This document shows positions 11,364-23,136 of a stretch of DNA of 64,000 nt, one piece after another (within the stretch, counting starts at the first letter, position 1; each line of letters begins with the position of its first letter). Origin of the DNA: Bolinopsis microptera (Eukaryota); NCBI RefSeq assembly GCF_026151205.1, contig NC_087076.1, positions 16,453,142 through 16,517,141 of the forward strand, written 5' to 3'. Under the pieces are notes generated by a model. It ran no database searches. It was not told where the DNA came from and saw only the letters and a list, made by a program, of their open reading frames with translations. The position numbers and the translations under genes were made by a program.

Positions 11364-14300
11364 ATGAATGACATCAAGTTGCGTGACACTGAAGATAAAG
11401 CCACTGAATTGATTAATCAGCAACTGAAAAAGATAGTTGATACAAATGACACAGAATCCCTCAATTCTGGACTTGAAGATTTTGATATACCCGAAATCAC
11501 AGTCTTACCTTCTTTAGAAGAAATATTATCTCAAGATGATCCAATAACATTCCTAGACAGTGATTTGAGGGAAGATATTGACAATGTTCTCCTTGCTGAT
11601 GATGATATTATGTCAGTTATTTCAAGCAGTTCGTTTTCATCTTTAGGGAAGGGAGGTGATATGCCAAATGAAATAAAGACCAAGAAGAAGCTTTATGGCG
11701 AAGTTGTTAAATGTACTGGCTTATCACTTTTGGGTGGAATGTGCAATCGAGATGATAAAGCAACTGCAATCACGATCAAGAACAGATTGATTTGTGTCGG
11801 ATTTAGATCAGGCAAAGTGTCTTCAATGACCATTGATGGGGAAGTAAATGGAGAAATAACAAACAATAAAGTTTATGATTCAGGTGCAGTTACTTCACTT
11901 GACATAGAAGATGGGATCCTTGCTGCATCTCATTCCACAGGTGTCATACATGTGTGGAATTTGAAGAACAACTCTCATCTTCAGAAAATTGAAGTTAAAA
12001 TCACAGACAGCACAGTTATAAAAGTCGTTGTCATTGATCGAAATCATCTTCTCTATATGGTTTCCCAAGGGTCTGTCTTCGATGTTAAGCTTACAAAAAC
12101 TTTATCTATCAGAGGCTCTGAAAGTACATGCCTGTTTTCTGGATCACATGGGGAAGTTTTGGACATTCAAAGGCTCAAGGTTGCAAAAAATCACCCATTA
12201 TTCCCATACTGCATTATTGGTTTGTGCACCTTCAAACAAGTGATGCTTATTTCATTAAACCCTTACCCCAATATCAAGTACAGTGTGCGTCTTTGGGGGG
12301 ACACAACCACTCTTCCAGTAATAAACTGGTACTACCATGAAGTAGATTGTGAAAAGCCCAAACTTGTTATCGGCCGCAGCAAGAGGTTTGTCATGTATAG
12401 TCTAAACATCAATAACAGAAATCAAATATTCCTGAGAAAACTCAAATCATGCAGCCTTGAATTTCAGCTCATTTCGATTTTTTGGTTCAACACAAACACT
12501 GTTGCTGCTTTGGATTCCTCAGAAAAAGTTCACTTAATTGATGCCCATACTCTCTCTCGTTTGCAAACTGTGACACATGTGTCAGATATAGGTCTTTGTT
12601 ATAACACAGCGTTCTACCGATCTTTAGCCACTGGTGGTAATGTCAGTAAAGCTATGTTTGCTGCTTCTCAGTATGCATGTTATAATTCAGTTTGCTCATA
12701 CCCAGGAGGTACATGGTTCTTGGGGAGCAGAGATGTTATGAAAATTGCTTCAAATCCTTGGCGACAGAGGATAGTTGATCTTAAGAATGATTTGCACTTT
12801 GCTGATGCATTGGAATTAACTCTAGCCTTTTATTCTGGAAAAGGTAAAGGGGTTTCATCATTGGTGTTTCGTGACATGGACAAAGTTAAAGATTCATGTA
12901 TGGAATTGATAATAGAGATATTTTCACAATTCATAGAAGAAACACAGCAGGATTTGAATAGACTTGGAGTTGCTCTCAAGACATGCATCAATGCCTGCAT
13001 TTTTACCAAGAACACTTCTCTTGTTTATGATGAAATTTACACCAGATTGTCAAAGATAGGAGCTGTTCAACGAGTATTTTATGAGACATTGGAACCGTTC
13101 GTTTTTAATAACAAAATAAAATCTCTAAATCCAATTCTCATGAAGGATCTGCTAGAATACTTTAAAGAAAACGATAAGCTCCAAAGTTTTGAGAAATGCA
13201 TCCTCCACTTGGATCCAGTTAATCTCGACATCCACAACACTCTTATCCTTTGCAAAGAATATGACATGTATGAAGCTATCCTGTACATTTACAATGCCTG
13301 TCTCATGGATTACACCACACCTCTCACCAACCTCCTGGATGTACTACATGCTCAACTTATCGAAAATGACAAGACACACAAACAGGTTGGTTATGTCATT
13401 CTTATGTACATCAGTGATTGTCTGATTGGAAATATTCCCGATACCATGGGAGTGATTGATGCGGATGAGGAAGTGAGGATTCAAAATCTTGTTTTCAACA
13501 ATGTGTTTTGCAAGCACAGTGGTACTGAAAATCTCTTGTATCAGGAGCCGGACTATCCTTATGTGAAGTTAATTTTAAAGCTTGATACAAGAGAGTTTCT
13601 TAATGTTATGAGTGTCACTTTTGGACACCCTATGTGCTTACCAATCCATCAGATTGTAATTGACATTCTTCTGCATGTCATGATTGAGGAGGGACAAGAC
13701 TATACACCTCTACAGATTGGACATCTCTTTACATTTTTAGCCCGACAAAAAGTGGTAAACTCCTTCTATTTGGATAAAAAGTATCTCGACCAAGCTTTAG
13801 ATTGTCTAGCTACAAATGATGTGACTGGCCACGAAGAGAGGGAACAAGCACTCTTGGAACTAGTTCTTACAATCGGTATCACAGAATTTAACGAAGACAG
13901 GCTCCTTGCATTATCTGAGTCAGCAGGGTTTTACCAAGTGTGTGAAGTTATTTATGAGAAGAGAAACGAATACGAGAAAGTTCTGTTCTGCTACTGGTCG
14001 AACACCAGCAGAGTTGACAAAGTGTTTTCTTACATCTATCACATTATGGATGGGTCATATTCAGAGGAGGTGAAGACAAAGATAAGAGAGACCTGTGTTC
14101 AAAACATTGGAAAACTGATCGCTATAAACAATGAGGACACAGCTACTCTCATCCTAAAGGCATTCAGTGAGGATATTGAGAAGATAGTGTACATGTTGGA
14201 TGACCAGCCAAGGACATTGTACTCTCTACTACAATGTGTCTATGACATCAGTAAAGGATCTGAAGAGCCTGATATAAACAATGTCGAGATTCATCATATT

Positions 14301-15710
14301 TACATCAAGCTCATGTCACGCTATAATCCTGAATTTGTCTGTCCTTATCTTAAAGTGGCAACAGGATATAAGATCGATCCCATTCTGGAGCTTTGCTTAG
14401 TGGCCAATTTAAAAGATGCTGCAGCCTTTCTCTATGAGACAAAAGGTGATCTTGAGGATGCATTCAAATTGTACTATGACGTATTGAGGGATACTATCAG
14501 AGATAAACAGCTTGTATTTGTCGAAGAAACCCTTATTAAGATAATTAATTTTTGTCAAAGGAATTCAGACCAACTTTCACAAAATGACAAAGAATCTTAT
14601 TGGTTTTCTCTGATAGATTTGTTACTTGGATTGGGCGAAGCTCCTGATTGTATTGCATTACAAGAGATACTCATCGATAACATGCTTGGGTTTGTCTCTT
14701 CTTCGAAAGTGCTTGACAAACTAATCAAGAGCTCCTCCAACAAATCCTTCAAAACATATGGCGACATAAAGAAAGTGGTTGGTAACATGCTCGATACCTT
14801 GATGTATGAAGATGTGCTTCTCAAAAGTACCAGAAAAATCGTCCAGCACGACATCTTTACTGCCTTGAGAAGGGACAAGGTAGGTTTTGTGAAAGGAATA
14901 GACATCCACAAGAACGTTTGTGTAGTTTGCTGCCAGTACATAACTCCTGTTGACACAACGTTTTTCATCTTCCATTGTGCTCATCTCGCTCACACTGGCT
15001 GTGTTGAGCATATGAGGCAGAAGTACTGTGTGCTTTGTGAATCTGATCAGACTGTTAACAAGAAAACCCAGAAAATACTTAGCCGGGTAGTTTCTATTGA
15101 CGTTCCATACCATCAAACCCACTTTGAGTCTTGGAGAGCAAACTTTAATGAGCTAAGAAAGACATTAAACGGGGAGGACAGGATGGCTCTTATACATGAA
15201 CTATGTGATGATATTGGTAGCAATGCCTCCAATGATGATGAATATGATGTTGACCTAACGGCTGACTTCAAAGATTATTGCAAAGACCTCAATCTTGACA
15301 TGGATTCATTCATGACGAGTTCTAAAGAACCATCTGGAATGTCGTCTTCACGTGGGTCCAGAACTCAGGGGAACTTCGGCACCTCAAACATTACAGACTC
15401 AACTAGATCCTTCCAAAATTCACAGTTAATACACAGATCTTCAGCACCCTCCCCAACTCCAGCACGTCATTCTCCTCAAGGTGCTTCCAGAAACACTCGA
15501 AGAAGTCCTGTAAACAATCGTAACAGTCCAGTCACTAATCGCTATGAGCAATCAAAGAATCCGTTTGGAGATGAAGACTCTAATCCTTCCACTGCAGATG
15601 ATGTTAACCCATTTGGTGCTGGAACTCCCTCGCCTACTAATAATCCATTTGATGACGAGGACACTAATCCTTTTGCTGATGATTACAATCCTTTTGCCGA
15701 AGATATATGA
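11364..15710 (+). CDS. VPS8: Single-exon 1448-aa ORF with VPS8-like architecture (CORVET subunit): N-terminal WD40-like region, long alpha-solenoid, C-terminal RING-H2, then an acidic tail with five NPF motifs
   Basis: Uninterrupted 4.3-kb ORF starting at a true ATG, with an in-frame stop 45 nt upstream. RING-H2 spacing CVVCCQYI…FHCAHLAHTGC…CVLCE. The length and domain order match Vps8 better than Vps11, 18, 39 or 41. Identity is inferred from architecture only. Confidence 0.5.
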   Translation: MNDIKLRDTEDKATELINQQLKKIVDTNDTESLNSGLEDFDIPEITVLPSLEEILSQDDPITFLDSDLREDIDNVLLADDDIMSVISSSSFSSLGKGGDMPNEIKTKKKLYGEVVKCTGLSLLGGMCNRDDKATAITIKNRLICVGFRSGKVSSMTIDGEVNGEITNNKVYDSGAVTSLDIEDGILAASHSTGVIHVWNLKNNSHLQKIEVKITDSTVIKVVVIDRNHLLYMVSQGSVFDVKLTKTLSIRGSESTCLFSGSHGEVLDIQRLKVAKNHPLFPYCIIGLCTFKQVMLISLNPYPNIKYSVRLWGDTTTLPVINWYYHEVDCEKPKLVIGRSKRFVMYSLNINNRNQIFLRKLKSCSLEFQLISIFWFNTNTVAALDSSEKVHLIDAHTLSRLQTVTHVSDIGLCYNTAFYRSLATGGNVSKAMFAASQYACYNSVCSYPGGTWFLGSRDVMKIASNPWRQRIVDLKNDLHFADALELTLAFYSGKGKGVSSLVFRDMDKVKDSCMELIIEIFSQFIEETQQDLNRLGVALKTCINACIFTKNTSLVYDEIYTRLSKIGAVQRVFYETLEPFVFNNKIKSLNPILMKDLLEYFKENDKLQSFEKCILHLDPVNLDIHNTLILCKEYDMYEAILYIYNACLMDYTTPLTNLLDVLHAQLIENDKTHKQVGYVILMYISDCLIGNIPDTMGVIDADEEVRIQNLVFNNVFCKHSGTENLLYQEPDYPYVKLILKLDTREFLNVMSVTFGHPMCLPIHQIVIDILLHVMIEEGQDYTPLQIGHLFTFLARQKVVNSFYLDKKYLDQALDCLATNDVTGHEEREQALLELVLTIGITEFNEDRLLALSESAGFYQVCEVIYEKRNEYEKVLFCYWSNTSRVDKVFSYIYHIMDGSYSEEVKTKIRETCVQNIGKLIAINNEDTATLILKAFSEDIEKIVYMLDDQPRTLYSLLQCVYDISKGSEEPDINNVEIHHIYIKLMSRYNPEFVCPYLKVATGYKIDPILELCLVANLKDAAAFLYETKGDLEDAFKLYYDVLRDTIRDKQLVFVEETLIKIINFCQRNSDQLSQNDKESYWFSLIDLLLGLGEAPDCIALQEILIDNMLGFVSSSKVLDKLIKSSSNKSFKTYGDIKKVVGNMLDTLMYEDVLLKSTRKIVQHDIFTALRRDKVGFVKGIDIHKNVCVVCCQYITPVDTTFFIFHCAHLAHTGCVEHMRQKYCVLCESDQTVNKKTQKILSRVVSIDVPYHQTHFESWRANFNELRKTLNGEDRMALIHELCDDIGSNASNDDEYDVDLTADFKDYCKDLNLDMDSFMTSSKEPSGMSSSRGSRTQGNFGTSNITDSTRSFQNSQLIHRSSAPSPTPARHSPQGASRNTRRSPVNNRNSPVTNRYEQSKNPFGDEDSNPSTADDVNPFGAGTPSPTNNPFDDEDTNPFADDYNPFAEDI

Positions 15711-16423
15711 TTCTGATAATTTCATCATTGACAATAGATTATGCTTTGTATAATACGACGTATACTTTAGTTCTGTATTATGTTAGTGTAGGGTTTAAAT
15801 AGGCGAACCTGTTTGAGAACTGAATTCTGTCAGGTTTAATTTTTAGTTCTCAAGTACGAAAATATAGCCATGTAAAGATAATCACCATACTTACGACCGG
15901 TTTTCTCGTTGATGTATGGCTTGCTGTAATATGTTGACTGCAAACAGATCAGTAATTAAATATAATATGTATATTTAAACCAGTATTCTACGAGCAGTAT
16001 CTTTAATGATGTCTTTTCTTTGATAATTTTTCAGGTTTGTGTGAAAGATGATTTGTGTTATATTGACCTCGTCGATTTGACTTTCCCGATTTACTTGTTA
16101 GGCATCGTAATTTTATTGGTGAATGAAATTCATGTGTAAAATCATATTTTGTTAAATGTTTAATGTTTATTGTAAATGGTTTTGAATATCGATTTCTGTC
16201 TAATATCCCTTTGATAAATATCATACGAGTATAATTGCTTGAGCCGTTTTTCACTTCAATCTGATTAAAGAATTTTTATTTAAATAGTTGAACTAGAAAA
16301 TGGAATCAAAGCCGATTGAATTTAATTGAATTGGTCTAATTTTGCTCTTATGTTTCTGGTGTGAAAATTCTTTAAATTTGTAACAATATGTTTGTCATGT
16401 TAACTTTGTTTTAAAATATTCAG

Positions 16424-19400
16424 GTATGTGCTGAAGGCATTAAAGTTCAACATAATGTGTGATTTGGACATCTACGATCCTCCTTGCCCAGCGAAGGACG
16501 CTCCGGTCAAATCTCGGGGACTGATAAGGTTCAATTTTGTCACGTGATTATTATATTTGTCATTAACGCATGTAAAATCAACAATTATTGGTCGAATTAA
16601 TAATTTTTATACAATTCTCAAAACTTATTTCATCATGAGACATATATTTTCCATTTTGTAATCGAAACCTAAATGCAATGAAATTGCAGGACTAAATTCA
16701 CAGAATACAGCAACACGATAACCTCAGGGATCAGTGAGCAGAGGGAAAGGGTTAACTATGTGGAGCAGAAGGTAATTGTTCAAGACGTGTTCACTGTTCA
16801 GTTTTTAAATACGTATTATACCCTATCATATTCTTATTGATATAACGATAACAATCTAAAAATAGATTCGTCTGGGATAGTGAGTGATAGTACCCGAGAG
16901 GAGCCTGGATAACTGATAGAGTGCTAAGACCTGTAGCTGTTGTCAATTTCGCGCAATTTAATAGATATTGGCATTCGTGTGTATTGAAACTAAGTTGAAA
17001 TTTGTACCAAGCCTGACGTCACTTCAAAACAAGTTGAATCACATTCCGTTGTCATGGAAAAATGGTTCACTGGTGTGTGCTAATTGATGAAGAATGGTCA
17101 AGTGACACATTTAGGTGATATTTAACTGTGGTCACGTGTCTCATGTCTGTGTGTATGTCACGTGTCTGTGTGTATGTCATGTGACTTACTGACTTAGGCT
17201 CATTATCATGGACTCATCTTTAATGGATATCTTCCACCTCTATTTAAGTGTAAAGCCCTCAACTGTGTTTCAGTGTTTCGGATTTACACAAAGATATACA
17301 CCTCTTGCACAGGAGGTGACCGGGACATGATTTTAGGCCTGACCGGGACCGGGACCGGGATACAAAATGTGACTTGACCGGGACCGGGACCGGGACTGAG
17401 ATTATCAATTTACCGTGACCGGGACCGGGACCGGGACCAATAATTTCTGGGATTTCTATCTTACCGGGACCGGGACCGGGACCGGGACCAACAATCCAAT
17501 TTTACCGGGATGACCGGGATTTGACCGGGATGACCGGGATGACCGGGATTTGACCGGGATGACCGGGACCAAAACTGGTATTCTCATATTGAAAGCTGCA
17601 ACTTTCATTTACATTATAATTAAACAATTTGAATAAGTAATAACTAGAATATTAAATTAGAAAAAACTAGAAAAAACCCGTCAATATGGGGCATGGGCCT
17701 AATGTACTACACCAATAATGTTCATGTACTGATTACTCAAGTTCACCATCATTCCTCATTCCTCAATCAATGATCCCTCAAATTATTCAACAGTTTCATT
17801 CTCCAATTCCAATTGACAATTGGGCGTAGCCCGAGTTGAAAACTTGATGTTAGTTTGCACTTATGAGTTATGTAACGATATTAGTTACCTAAACTTGTTT
17901 AGCAATTTTAAACATTGTTTTATTTGGCTCAGAGGTTGTTTAAAGATGAAATTCACAATGAATGAAAGTAAAAACTTAAAATCACAGTGAATGAAATTAT
18001 GTAAAAGATCCCGGTCAAAATCCCGGCAAATTTGAGTGATTGACCGGGACCAGGACCGGGACCGGGACCAAGAATCCTGAATTAACCGGGACCGGGACCG
18101 GGACCGGGATCATAAATCAGCATTTGACCGGGACCGGGACCGCGACCGGGATGAAAAATGTGACTTGACCCGGTTTACCGGGACCGGGACCGGGACCGGG
18201 ATAGCTCAAAATTGCCAATCCCGGTACCGGGATTCCCGGTACCGGGAATCCCGGTCACCTCCTGCTCTTGCATAATGCATTGCACTATACACACTCGTAG
18301 CTATCTCTTCGCAGGGTCTATCTACAGCGTGTATTTTGTATTTTTCAATTATAAAATCATAATTTTAAATTTAACGAATCATTAAAATTAAAATTCTAAC
18401 TCCATTATTTTTCCAGGTACTGTCTACAGTAAAGCCAGTAACGAGGTTTATCCCAATAACCTATGATACAGTTAAGAGAGTGTCTGTGATCAGTTTATGT
18501 ACTTTTTCTGGAGTTATACAGGGCAGAAAAGCTGGGGGCTTTTTCAGGAGGTTTGATTTAAACTGTTTCTTTCCACGACAAAGTTTATTAATTAAATGAT
18601 ACATATAACGATAAGATAAAATAATTTTTTGATTCTAGACAGAAATATACGCTTTAACCGATTTCGCTTGCAACTTATTTCCTTATTTCTGCCTTTCAGG
18701 ATTCTGTATCCAGTATTTGGATTTGTTGGAGGTAATGCTGCCTGTTACCCAAAACAAACCTACAGTCTAACTTCCAAAACTCTAACCACCACTTTACCTC
18801 TGGTCGCTACTGCTGGGAAGGCAACTGTTGATGGTAAGATCGGGGCAGTAGTTCAAGGAATTTAGTTGAATTAGGGAAATGTCTCCTGGTATTAATATTT
18901 ATGATGGTTTTCGCTGAAACGAACTTCTTGTCCACTCGATTGTCTTAATTGTTAATGCAATTCACTTAATGTACAACATCATATCATAATTCATTTGACA
19001 GTTATCAAATTATATATTCGCATTTATCCACACTATTTACATTACACGTACAACGTGATATTATTATCAGTGTACTGTGTTCAACACCAACTACACCGAT
19101 CAATTGCCAATCTGCGAAACATGTATTTATTATTATCACTTCGAGATGGCAGGGCCTACTCTCATGCTGTCTATATGTGATGATTAACTCTGAAAAACTA
19201 GAGGACAACTGGGGAATGATCCCAGAACCTCGACATATCGCGTGTCTTGCTCTACCTGGGATCATTCCCCAGTTGTCCCCTAGTTTTTCAGAGTTAATCA
19301 TCACATATAGACAGGATGAGAGTAGGCCCTGCCATCTCGAAGTGATAATTCATTTGACCTTGTCCTCTTGTCAGGAAGTAGATTTGTGTTCCATACGGGG

Positions 19401-19733
19401 AAGAAAGTGTCCTACTTCATATACGACAAAGTCAGTGAACAGTTCCCTGATAAATCTATCGTGGAGGAGCCCGTTTCAGATGAGCCAAACAACATAGAAA
19501 CTATTCAGGAAGCTGTTTTGATCGATGATTCATCAGAGGCTTCCGAGGACACTGTCTCTTCAGAAGAATTATCAGAAGACGTAGTTTTAGTTGAAGAACA
19601 AAGTTCTTCAGATACCGTAATTTCTCTTGAGAAGCTTCCTTTACCGACGGAGGTTCCGCCGATTGAAGAGAATCTTGGAATGGGCGACAAGGATCATGAT
19701 GATATGTACAGCACCCGATCATCACGATCATGA
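16424..19733 (+). CDS. Unidentified multi-exon gene (span includes introns). Candidate exons at about 16424-16540 (MCDLDIYDPPCPAKD…), 16690-16771 (TKFTEYSNTITSGISEQRERVNYVEQK), 18418-18550, 18699-18836 (ILYPVFGFVGGNAACYPKQ…) and 19359-19733 (…RFVFHTGKKVSYFIYDKV… with an acidic serine-rich tail)
   Basis: Stop-free segments bounded by AG/GT dinucleotides. No homolog recognised from memory. Several CAG|GTA sites are ambiguous between donor and acceptor. Confidence 0.3.
17302..18272. mobile_element. Non-autonomous hAT-like MITE, 955 bp. 16-bp TIR (CAGGAGGTGACCGGGA / TCCCGGTCACCTCCTG), flanked by an 8-bp target-site duplication CTCTTGCA. The interior is two clusters of (GACCGG)n hexamer repeats
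   Basis: TIRs at 17310-17325 and 18249-18264. Identical 8-mers at 17302-17309 and 18265-18272. An 8-bp TSD with a CAG… TIR start is characteristic of hAT elements. Confidence 0.6.
19132..19349. repeat. Near-perfect palindrome: 94-bp arms (2 mismatches) around a 29-bp loop. A hairpin-forming MITE or foldback unit, inside an intron of the 16.4-19.7 kb gene
   Basis: The left arm (19132-19225) is the reverse complement of the right arm (19255-19349). The mirrored ORFs 19005-19304(-) and 19177-19497(+) both read MMINSEKL…DNWGMIP and are artefacts of the palindrome. Confidence 0.6.
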
Positions 19734-21174
19734 TTAATTTATTAATAATACTAATTAAGTTGAATGATATGTCTCTTGGGCATTTTCTACCATGGCTATG
19801 TAAAGATCATATAGGCGTTTTGTTGTATGAAGATTTTATAAAAAATGTATTTGGTATTTATGATCGTTGAAGAACCTGTAATTTTCATTATTCAGCATTT
19901 TCTCTGTCTATCTTAACAAGCTCCTAATTTAATCTAGATTCAACTTTAGCCATCTTTCTATCTTTCTGGAATTATCATGACATTTCATGATTATTTTACA
20001 CTGCCATGATACTGTAACTGATATATCACTCTAAAGATAATGTATGGTTGATCTGTTAAAAGCTAACAGTGTATTGTAACTAATCACGTGACACTATTCT
20101 CAGTTAATGTATGGTTGATCTGTTAGATCAGTGTGCTCCACACTCATTCTACGACTCTATCACAAGTCCAACAACTTGCCCCTCCGACTATTGGGACAGG
20201 AAACCCTCCAAACTCTGGTTTTACTCTTTCTGGATTGTCGTATTCCTGTTTTATGCTATAAGGTAAGACAAAGCATCTGATGTGTGGGTATAGTTTATGC
20301 TACCAGGCAGACAATAATGAAACTGCAGATAGTGAAATGTAGTTTAAGTATAATTAAAAGACATTACGATATATATATGATCGATGAGGATTGGGACCCA
20401 TTTTTCCACTTATTAACCGTCGAAAGATCATCCGTTTCTTCAAAATCAGTCCTTCTTGTCAACATTAATTTCAATAATTTAAGATCTTTGATAGAATTTT
20501 CTGGAATTCAAACGGAAGTCAGGTTATCATTACAGGTTATGTATGGGTAACTCAGCAACTAACATTTACAAGAAAACATCTAATTATATCCGCGGATCTT
20601 CGACATCGCCAACCAAATCAGAAGAAAGCGAAATTGGTGTAGTTGTTGTCAGAGAGAGAAGGAGGTTGGTTGTTGACAATGTTTTTTAATATATATTACA
20701 TTATTTACAGTGTATTAATTAGGATGGACTGGTTTGATCCCGATCAAAAGCTTGACGGTCACACATTTGCGCAAATTAAAATCGTTTTACGTCGCGCGCT
20801 ATGAGTTTTGGTCTGGGTAGCACAGCAATGAAGCGGCGCGCGCACACACAATTACATGCATTTCGCGAAAATTCGTACGTACGTACGTTTGATCGATCAG
20901 CTAGATCTGTCTTAAATAGAATTTGCGCACTACTTCTATTTTAATTCTTGAACATGTTATTCAGTGTAATCAGCATTGCCAGACATTGACTAATTTTTAC
21001 CTCTGATTAAAAAAACTGATGCGATCTACAGTTTACAACCTGACAATGATTCTTCAGCTTCCTAGTGATTGTGTGGTCTTTTCTGTCTTTGGTTTTCACT
21101 GGAACCTTACTGTTGCTGGGATCTCTAAACCCTTTGCTTTTTTAGACTTGCACATATCAATAAAGGGGGGTGTC

Positions 21175-23136
21175 ACGTCCGTCTATGTCCGCTTGTCTCA
21201 TAGAATCCAAAAAGGACAGGACATAGGCGGACATAGGCGGACATAGACGGACATAGGCGGACATAGGCGGACATAGACGGACATAGGCGGACATAGGCGG
21301 ACATAGACGGACATAGACGGACATAGGCGGACATAGGCGGACATTAATGGACACCTAAATTGCTAAATAAAATGTTCAATTTTTGCTGTTAAAGGGGATC
21401 ATGTTTTTTGTCCGTTCGGTACCCTATATTTTCAAAACGGACAAAAAATAGAGCGGACAAAAATGGACAAAAACGGACAAAAATGGAAATAACATTTAGA
21501 TGCTTCCTCCTCCTACTCTTCCTCCTCCTCCCCCTGGGTCTTCCTGATCTTCCTCAGTCCTCTTCCTCCTCCCCTCCTCAGTCCTCCTCCTACTCCTCCT
21601 CCTCGTCCTCAGTCCTCCTCATCAGTCCTCAACAGTCCTCCTCCCCAGTCCTCCTCCTCCTCCTGAGTCCTCCTCCTGGGTCCTCCTCCTGGGTCCTCCT
21701 CCTCCTCTTCCTCCTCAGTCCTCCTCCTCATCCTTCTCCTCAGTCCTCCATCCTCCTCCTCAGTCCTCCCCCAGTCCCCCTCCTCCTCCTATTCAGTCCT
21801 CCTCCTCCTCCTCCTCCTTCTCAGTCCTCCTCAGTCCTCCTCCTCCTCCTCCTCCTCCTCTTCCCTCTCAGTCATCCTCCTCAGCCAATAGCCATCCTCC
21901 TCAGTCCTCCTCAGTCCTCCTCCTCAGTCCTCCTCCTCCTGGGTCCTCCTCCTCCTCTTCATCCTCCTCCTCTTCCTCCTCGGTCCTCAGTCCTCCTCCT
22001 CCTAGGTCCTCCTCCTCATCCTTCTCATCAGTCCTCCTCCTCCCCAGTCCTCTCCCAGTCCCCCTCCTTCTCCTCCTCCTATTCAGTCCTCCTCCTCCTC
22101 CTCCTCCTCAGTTCTCCTCAGTCCTCCTTCTCATTTCTCCTAAGTCCTCCTCCTGAGTCCTCCTCCTGGGTCCTCCTCCTCTTCCTTCTGAGTCCTCCTC
22201 CTCCTCCCTCTCAGTCATCCTCCTCAGTCATCCTCCCCAGCCATCCTCCCCAGCCATCCTCCTCAGCCATCCTTCTCAGTCATCGTCAGTCCTCCTCCTT
22301 CTCAGTCATCGTCAGTCCTCCTCCTCAGTCCTCCTCTTCCTCCTGGGTCCTCCTCCTCCTCCTCCTCCTGGGTCCTCCTGGGTCCTCCTGGGTCTTCCTG
22401 ATCCTCCTCAGTCCTCTTCCTCCTCCCCTCCTCAGTCCTCCTCCTACTCTTCCTCCTCGTCCTCAGTCCTCCTCATCAGTCCTCAACAGTTCTCCTCCTC
22501 CCCAGTCCTCCTCCTCCTCCTCCTCCTCAGTTCTCCCCAGTCCTCCTTCTCATTTCTCCTAAGTCCTCCTCCTGAGTCCTCCTCCTGAGTCCTCCTCCTC
22601 CTCCCTCTCAGTCATCCTCCTCAGTCATCCTCCTCAGCCATCCTCCCCAGCCATCCTCCTCAGTACTCCTCAGTCCTCCTCCTTCTCAGTCATCGTCAGT
22701 CCTCCTCCTCAGTCCTCCTCAGTCCTCCTCCTCCTCCTGGGTCCTCCTCCTCCTCCTCCTGGGTCCTCCTGGGTCTTCCTGATCCTCCCCAGTCCTCTTC
22801 CTCCTCCCCTCCTCAGTCCTCCTCCTACTCTTCCTCCTCGTCCTCAGTCCTCCTCATCAGTCCTCAACAGTCCTCCTCCTCCTCCTGGGGCCTTTTCCTG
22901 GGTCCTCCTCCTCCTCCTCCTGGGTCTTCCTGATCGTTCTCCTCCCTCTCAGTCATCCTCCTCAGTCATCCTCCTCAGTCATCCTCCTCAGCCATCCTCC
23001 TCAGCCATCCTTCTCAGCCATCCTCCTCAGTACACTTCAGTCCTCAAAATGTTTGTCCGCTAATGTCCACCAATGTCCGCTAATGTCCACCGACCACCAA
23101 TGTCCATCCAAGTCCGCCAATGTCCGTCCGGGTCCG

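Noticed and set aside
21408-22562. 384-aa ORF (and 9736-10353, 205 aa) rich in S/P/L
   Set aside because: These are pure translations of the pyrimidine minisatellite. They have no start context, no domain, and a composition driven by TCC/TCA/CTC codons, so they are not coding.
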